NCBI GenBank assembly: GCA_015259155.1
Contig: JABZGY010000002.1
Location: 6,697-70,696 of the forward strand
Length of the DNA stretch: 64,000 nt
Origin: Atopobium sp.
Lineage (GTDB): Bacteria; Actinomycetota; Coriobacteriia; Coriobacteriales; Atopobiaceae
Reading direction: 5' to 3'
Below the pieces are notes generated by a model. The model worked only from the letters and a program-made list of their open reading frames with translations. It made no database searches and had not been told where the DNA came from. The position numbers and the translations under genes are program-made. Below are positions 58,752-64,000 of the stretch, piece by piece; position 1 is the first letter of the stretch, and every line of letters starts with the position of its first letter.

Positions 58752-60552
58752 ATGGTTTTCGCTTGTACGTATAACAGGACTTGTTCTGGTCCTTATATAT
58801 CACTTTTTTAAGGAAGCACTTCCAGGTGGCTTCATTGGCGTCGACGTATTCTTTACGTTCTCGGGCTATCTCATCACGGCTCTTTTGATTGACGAGTTTG
58901 CTCGCTTTAGATCCATTGACGTCATTGGGTTCCTACGCAGGCGTTTCTACAGAATTGTGCCGCCGCTTGTGTTTATGGTGCTCGTGTGCACGCCGTTTCT
59001 TTTACTTGTGCGAACCGAGTTTATTGCCGGCATTAAGTATCAGATTGCCGCAGCTCTTGGCTTTGTAACTAACTACTTCGAGATTGTTCTGGGCAACAGC
59101 TACGAGAACCAATTTGCTCCTCATGTGTATCTGCACACCTGGAGTCTTGCTGTTGAGATGCACTTTTATGTGCTTTGGGGCCTGTGCGCTTGGCTGCTTG
59201 CGTGCCTCAGCAAAACAATCAGAAGCTATAAGGTAAAGATTGCCGGAGCTTCTCTGGTACTGCTGGTTGCTACCTATTTGGCAATGGCCACCGGCGCCCA
59301 AAACTCCACGAATCTTTCTATTCAATATTTCTCGACGCAAACGCACGTGTTCCCCTTCTTTATCGGCGCGCTTTTATCGTGTGTTGCAGGAATTGCCCAG
59401 ACAGGCGAGCTCTTTGACCAGCTTGAGCAGAAGCTTTCTACTCAGCTAACGCTTGTGGGCCTTGTGGCATGCTGCGGCGTTCTTGTCTTCCTGAGCGTCT
59501 TCATGCACTTCGAGGACCTCTTTACGTACACCTTTGGTTTCCTTTTTGCCTCGCTCGCAGCTGCCACAATGATCTTCTTTGCTCGCATGTTGCATCAAAA
59601 AACCGAGGGCGTCCAAGAGCCCGGAATTGTTTCTTTTGTGGCAGATACCAGCTACGGCGTGTACCTGTTCCACTGGCCTTTGTACATTATTTTTGCCGAG
59701 AAGACCAATCCCGTCCTAGCTGCACTCTTAACCTTGGTGCTTTCGTTTGTGTTTGCAAGCTGCTCGTTCTATGTGCTTGAGCCTGCGTTGGCAGGGAAGT
59801 CTCCAGAGATTTTCTCGCGCATTAAGCTTGATGGTCAGAAGGTTTTGCGAGGTACTGGCCTTACACTCATTCCATTTGCTGCGGCTGTTGCCTTTATCGC
59901 ACTGACCGCTCCACAACTCAGCGATTTCCAGAACGACCTGCTGCTCAACGCTTCGTTGCAGGAGCAGAGTGCTATGACCATGACCCGCAAGCACGCGGAC
60001 ACCTCGCAGGCAAGTAATTACAACGTTGTTGAAGGCGTCACGTATATCGGCGACTCTGTTTCGCTTCGTGCCCGTTCTTACCTGCAGGATGCTCTGCCCG
60101 ATGCTCAAATCGACGCTTCGGTTAGTAGAAACGTGGCAATGGGCGTAGATTTGCTACAGTCTGCAATCGACAACAATACGCTCTACCAGGACGTTGTTGT
60201 AGCCTTGGGTACCAATCCTGTTGGTGGTTCCGATGCAGTCGACAAGATTGTAGACATGCTGCCACGCGGCCATCGCTTGATCTTTGTGACCCCATACGAC
60301 GGCAGAAACTCTGATCCAAATGCTGGTGCAAATGCCATCCGTGCTCATGAGCTTGAGCTTGCTCAGCAGTACGACTTCATTACCATTGCGGATTGGGCAC
60401 AGATTGCTCAGGATAATCCTGACATTTGGGCAGGTACTGATTACGTTCACTTTGGCTCTGATTCAGATTCCATTAATCGAGGCGGTACCCTGTACGCGCA
60501 GATGGTCAAAGACGCCGTAGATAAAGCAAACCAGGGCCACGTAAAACCATAA
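58741..60552 (+). CDS. oatA: Acyltransferase-3 + SGNH domain O-acetyltransferase (OatA/Adr-like)
   Basis: GGFIGVDVFF, RRFYRI.P, HTWSLAVE, SYGVYLFHWP, IGDSV, D.VH motifs; GTG start 58741 (MRIKWFSLVR). Confidence 0.85.
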   Translation: MRIKWFSLVRITGLVLVLIYHFFKEALPGGFIGVDVFFTFSGYLITALLIDEFARFRSIDVIGFLRRRFYRIVPPLVFMVLVCTPFLLLVRTEFIAGIKYQIAAALGFVTNYFEIVLGNSYENQFAPHVYLHTWSLAVEMHFYVLWGLCAWLLACLSKTIRSYKVKIAGASLVLLVATYLAMATGAQNSTNLSIQYFSTQTHVFPFFIGALLSCVAGIAQTGELFDQLEQKLSTQLTLVGLVACCGVLVFLSVFMHFEDLFTYTFGFLFASLAAATMIFFARMLHQKTEGVQEPGIVSFVADTSYGVYLFHWPLYIIFAEKTNPVLAALLTLVLSFVFASCSFYVLEPALAGKSPEIFSRIKLDGQKVLRGTGLTLIPFAAAVAFIALTAPQLSDFQNDLLLNASLQEQSAMTMTRKHADTSQASNYNVVEGVTYIGDSVSLRARSYLQDALPDAQIDASVSRNVAMGVDLLQSAIDNNTLYQDVVVALGTNPVGGSDAVDKIVDMLPRGHRLIFVTPYDGRNSDPNAGANAIRAHELELAQQYDFITIADWAQIAQDNPDIWAGTDYVHFGSDSDSINRGGTLYAQMVKDAVDKANQGHVKP

Positions 60553-60867
60553 TTCAGCTGCGTTTATCCGGGTCTACCTGCGCTTAGTTGCGTCCAGATG
60601 CACCTAGCTGCGCCGTTATTTCCCCGGTCTGGTCGTGACGGTGTTCTTGCTGGTGACATATGGCGTGATTACGCTGGATATCTAGGAGATTTGGACCCTT
60701 TGCGGTGAGTTGTTCGGCGCAAGTCGTCTGGTATGAGGCATCTGACACAAGCTATGATCAACGATTTATGGGATGATTCATTTCTGCGTATAAACATGGT
60801 CTAATATACGGAATTATGAATATCATCATATAAATAATTTAACTACTGCTATTTTCAAGCCTTCAAC

Positions 60868-60998
60868 AACACACCTATGTCAGATAATCTGCTAAATCCG
60901 GGGCGAAAAACACACCTAAGTCAAATAATCTGCAAGATATAGAGGTTTTGGGTGCAATGTATACGCTTTTTGAGCAGATTATCTGCCATAGGTGTGTT
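60868..60998 (+). repeat. Three-armed repeat family B, copy 2
   Basis: Direct arms AACACACCTA(T/A)GTCA(G/A)ATAATCTGC at 60868 and 60909; inverted arm 60974-60998. Confidence 0.8.
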
Positions 60999-61163
60999 TT
61001 CGCATCCGTGTCTCGCACCCGCGCGCCTCGTGACGCGCTCGCGCACCCCGCAGCGCACCCGCGCGCCCTCTTTTCCTGCTCCTTCTGCGGTGGAGTCCTT
61101 TCAATATTTCATTAGAATGGACTATGTGAATATTTCATCTGACAGCCCCTTAAGGAGGAGCAC

Positions 61164-62843
61164 ATGGCAGAGTTTGTCTATCAGATGTACAAGGCCCGCA
61201 AAGCTGTCGGCGAGAAGGTCATCCTTGATGACGTCACCGTCGGCGTGTACCCTGGCGCAAAGATCGGCGTTGTGGGTCCAAACGGCATGGGAAAGTCCAC
61301 CCTGCTCAAGGTTATTGCCGGCATGGAGGACGTCTCTAACGGCGAGGCAAAGCTCACCCCAGGTTACACCGTTGGCCTGCTCCAGCAGGAGCCGCCGCTA
61401 GATGAGACCAAAACGGTCAAGGAGAACATCGAGCTTGCCTTCGGTGACCTGCTTGCCAAGATTGCGCGCTTCAACGAGATTGGCGTCGAGATGGGCAATC
61501 CTGACGCCGATTTTGACGCGCTCATGGCAGAGATGGGCCAGCTCCAGACCGAGATCGACGCAGCTAACGGCTGGGACCTGGACAGCCAGCTCTCTCAGGC
61601 AATGGATGCGCTCCAGTGCCCTGATCCAGACTCTCCCGTCACCCACCTTTCGGGTGGCGAGAAACGCCGTGTAGCCCTGTGTCGTCTCCTTCTCGAGGCT
61701 CCTGACCTGCTGCTTCTTGACGAGCCCACCAACCACCTTGACGCGGAGTCGGTGCTCTGGCTTGAGAAGTTCCTGCATGATTACCCCGGTGCTGTCATGG
61801 CCGTCACGCACGACCGCTACTTCCTCGACGACGTCGCTGAGTGGATCTGCGAGGTTGACCGCGGACAGCTCTATCCTTACGAGGGCAACTACTCAACCTA
61901 CCTGGAGAACAAGGCTGCGCGCCTTGAAGCTCAGAACCAGCAGGACGCCAAGCGCGCAAAGAAAATGCGCGCTGAGCTGGAGTGGGTTCGTTCGTCTCCT
62001 AAGGCTCGCCAAGCTAAGAACCGCGCGCGTCTTGATCGCTATGAGCAGATGGAAGCAGAAGCTCGTGCATCCAAGAAGCTCGACTTCACCGAGATCCAGA
62101 TTCCTGTGGGCCCGCGTCTGGGCCAGAAGGTCCTGGAGGCCGATCACATCCACAAGGCCTTCGGCGACCGCGTTCTTATCGACGACCTCTCGTTTAGCCT
62201 GCCAAGAAACGGTATTGTTGGCGTGATTGGCCCTAACGGTGTTGGTAAGTCAACGCTGTTCAAGGCTATTGTTGGCCAGGAGGAGCTCACTTCCGGCACG
62301 CTTGAGATTGGCGAGACGGTTCAAATTTCTTACGTTGACCAGCTCAGGCAGGGAATCGATCCAGACAAAACTATCTGGGAGGTTGTCTCCGACGGCAATG
62401 ATTTCATCAAGGTGGGAGACACCGAGATTCCAAGTCGCGCTTATGTGGCCAGCTTCGGCTTCAAAGGACCTGACCAGCAGAAACGCGCTGGCGTCCTTTC
62501 TGGTGGCGAGAGGAACCGTCTAAACCTTGCTCTTACGCTCAAGCAGGGCGGAAACCTCCTGCTTCTGGACGAGCCTACCAACGACCTCGATATTGAGACG
62601 CTGGAAAGTCTTGAGGATGCACTTGAGCGCTTCCCAGGATGCTCGGTGGTTACCAGCCATGACCGTTGGTTCTTGGATCGTATTGCTACGCACATCCTTG
62701 CGTGGGAGGGCGACGATGAGAACCCAGGCAAGTGGTTCTGGTTTGAAGGCAACTTTGAGGCTTACCAGGCCAATCGTATCGAAAGACTTGGTCAGGAGGC
62801 TGCTCGTCCTCATCGCATTCACCGCAAGCTCACCCGCGACTAA
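61164..62843 (+). CDS. ettA: Energy-dependent translational throttle protein (ABC-F)
   Basis: MAEFVYQM start, two ABC domains, ELEWVR...KARQAK..ARL linker, WFEGNF..Y...R.LTR end. Confidence 0.95.
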   Translation: MAEFVYQMYKARKAVGEKVILDDVTVGVYPGAKIGVVGPNGMGKSTLLKVIAGMEDVSNGEAKLTPGYTVGLLQQEPPLDETKTVKENIELAFGDLLAKIARFNEIGVEMGNPDADFDALMAEMGQLQTEIDAANGWDLDSQLSQAMDALQCPDPDSPVTHLSGGEKRRVALCRLLLEAPDLLLLDEPTNHLDAESVLWLEKFLHDYPGAVMAVTHDRYFLDDVAEWICEVDRGQLYPYEGNYSTYLENKAARLEAQNQQDAKRAKKMRAELEWVRSSPKARQAKNRARLDRYEQMEAEARASKKLDFTEIQIPVGPRLGQKVLEADHIHKAFGDRVLIDDLSFSLPRNGIVGVIGPNGVGKSTLFKAIVGQEELTSGTLEIGETVQISYVDQLRQGIDPDKTIWEVVSDGNDFIKVGDTEIPSRAYVASFGFKGPDQQKRAGVLSGGERNRLNLALTLKQGGNLLLLDEPTNDLDIETLESLEDALERFPGCSVVTSHDRWFLDRIATHILAWEGDDENPGKWFWFEGNFEAYQANRIERLGQEAARPHRIHRKLTRD

Positions 62844-62880
62844 CGTATAGGTGGCGCAAGCGTAGCAAGTTCAAACAGAA

Positions 62881-62905
62881 GATAAAAATAGTAACTATTT
62901 TTATC
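62881..62905. promoter_or_regulatory. Perfect 12-1-12 AT-rich palindrome upstream of ferritin (Fur/PerR-family-like operator)
   Basis: GATAAAAATAGT-A-ACTATTTTTATC. Confidence 0.55.
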
Positions 62906-63018
62906 GGTAAGATTTTGTGCAATCTGTTTAAGAGACTAACAACTGGGTATTAAAAATGAGAAGCCAAAGAGCTTCTCATTTTTTATGAGAAAACATTGTT
63001 ATGAGGAAAGAGAAGAAC

Positions 63019-63534
63019 ATGGCACTTGACACAAACGTTGGTAACATCCTTACTCAGCAAATCAACAAAGAGTTTTATTCCGCATATCTCTATCTGACCT
63101 TTGCAGATTTCTATGAGGAGCAGGGCCTGAAGGGCTTTGCAAACTGGTATGTTATTCAGTCTCAGGAAGAGCTTGCTCACGCACGTATTCTTCGTCGCTA
63201 CCTGCTTGATAACGATTGGACTCCAACCATGGAGGCAATCGCAAAGCCAGACCTTACCTTCTCCAAGGTAGTTGAGCCAATCAAGGCAGCGTACGAGCAT
63301 GAGCAGTTCATTACTGCAAGCATTAACGAGTGCTATGCCGTTGCTCAGAAGGCAAACGATTTCCGCACTATGCAGCTGCTTGACTGGTACGTTAAGGAGC
63401 AGGGTGAGGAAGAGGCAAATGCTTCCGATCTTCTCAAGGCAGTAGAGATCTTTGGTGGAGATCCAAAGAACCTGTATGACCTTGACCGCGAGAACGCCGC
63501 TCGCGTCTTTGTCGCACCAACTATGCCAATGTAA
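63019..63534 (+). CDS. ftnA: Non-heme ferritin
   Basis: QINKEFYSAYLY, GFANW...Q..EE..HA, HE..IT..I, L.WYVKEQ.EEE ferroxidase residues. Confidence 0.92.
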   Translation: MALDTNVGNILTQQINKEFYSAYLYLTFADFYEEQGLKGFANWYVIQSQEELAHARILRRYLLDNDWTPTMEAIAKPDLTFSKVVEPIKAAYEHEQFITASINECYAVAQKANDFRTMQLLDWYVKEQGEEEANASDLLKAVEIFGGDPKNLYDLDRENAARVFVAPTMPM

Positions 63535-63610
63535 GTAGCGGCTTAAGCGCAGCTCGTTCGTGGCAGCAGCTTAAACGTGACTCGCACGCGGCTGCGCAGC
63601 TTCTTAGACG

Positions 63611-64000
63611 CTAAAGCGGAGTTTCAATAGCCTCTGATTTGTTTGAAGAGGAACCTGAAAGCTCAGCAAAGATGGCACCGCCTATGATGCAGGCGGTGCC
63701 TATTATTTTGAGAAGACCAAAAGGCTCGCCAAGGATAAGTGCCGAGAAAATAACTGCAGATAGTGGCTCAAGGTAGCCAAAGACTGCCACACGCTGAACT
63801 GGAATCTTGGTAAGTTGCGGGAAATACAAAAATGATCCAAGGCCTGTGTTAAAGAGGCCGATGGTCAAAACGGCAAGCCAATTTACCGATGCTGGATCCG
63901 CGGGCAGCTCAATGCCATGGAATACAACAGTAACCAGAGCAACAATAGCGCAGCCAATGCCCAGCTGAATGCTGGTACCTTCAATACCAGAAACATCTTT
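63611..64000 (-). CDS. DMT/EamA-family transporter, 3' part (truncated by window)
   Basis: GLFNTGLG..LYF, AVFGYLEPLSAVIFS.LILGE motifs; stop at 63611. Confidence 0.85.
   Translation of the reverse strand, partial: KDVSGIEGTSIQLGIGCAIVALVTVVFHGIELPADPASVNWLAVLTIGLFNTGLGSFLYFPQLTKIPVQRVAVFGYLEPLSAVIFSALILGEPFGLLKIIGTACIIGGAIFAELSGSSSNKSEAIETPL

Overview
64 kb of moderate-GC bacterial chromosome. Gene content (LPxTG adhesins, YidC-glycerophosphotransferase fusion, EttA, CBS-PPase, TrmB) suggests an anaerobic host-associated Coriobacteriia member, probably Atopobiaceae (Lancefieldella/Atopobium-like); this is inference. I call about 45 CDS and see no rRNA, tRNA, CRISPR array, transposase or prophage. 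Contents include a GH2 glycosidase, a cytoplasmic ApbE plus two FMN reductases, three large sortase-anchored surface proteins, a MetE-like enzyme, WYL and HIRAN genes, a CydDC-like exporter, a Mn/Zn ABC importer, SDR/KdgT/AraC, a YidC fusion plus sulfatase-fold protein, a heavy-metal P-type ATPase, a COG0523 GTPase, a sirtuin, MORN plus OatA, and ferritin. Most notable: (1) a candidate WYL regulon defined by three TGTCCA-N6-TGGACA palindromes, two exactly 20 bp upstream of a -10 box, one driving a stand-alone HIRAN gene; (2) a strongly over-represented non-palindromic GGCGAGAA(ACCC) motif on both strands, reminiscent of a DNA-uptake sequence; (3) a 462-bp non-autonomous element with palindromic IS3-like ends and a 6-bp target duplication inside a terminator; (4) two unrelated families of three-armed intergenic repeats; (5) a C-terminal flavinylation motif on a flexible arm next to a signal-less ApbE; (6) an uncalled 46-aa membrane peptide ending the metal ABC operon. 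All counts were made by eye; no database searches were run.
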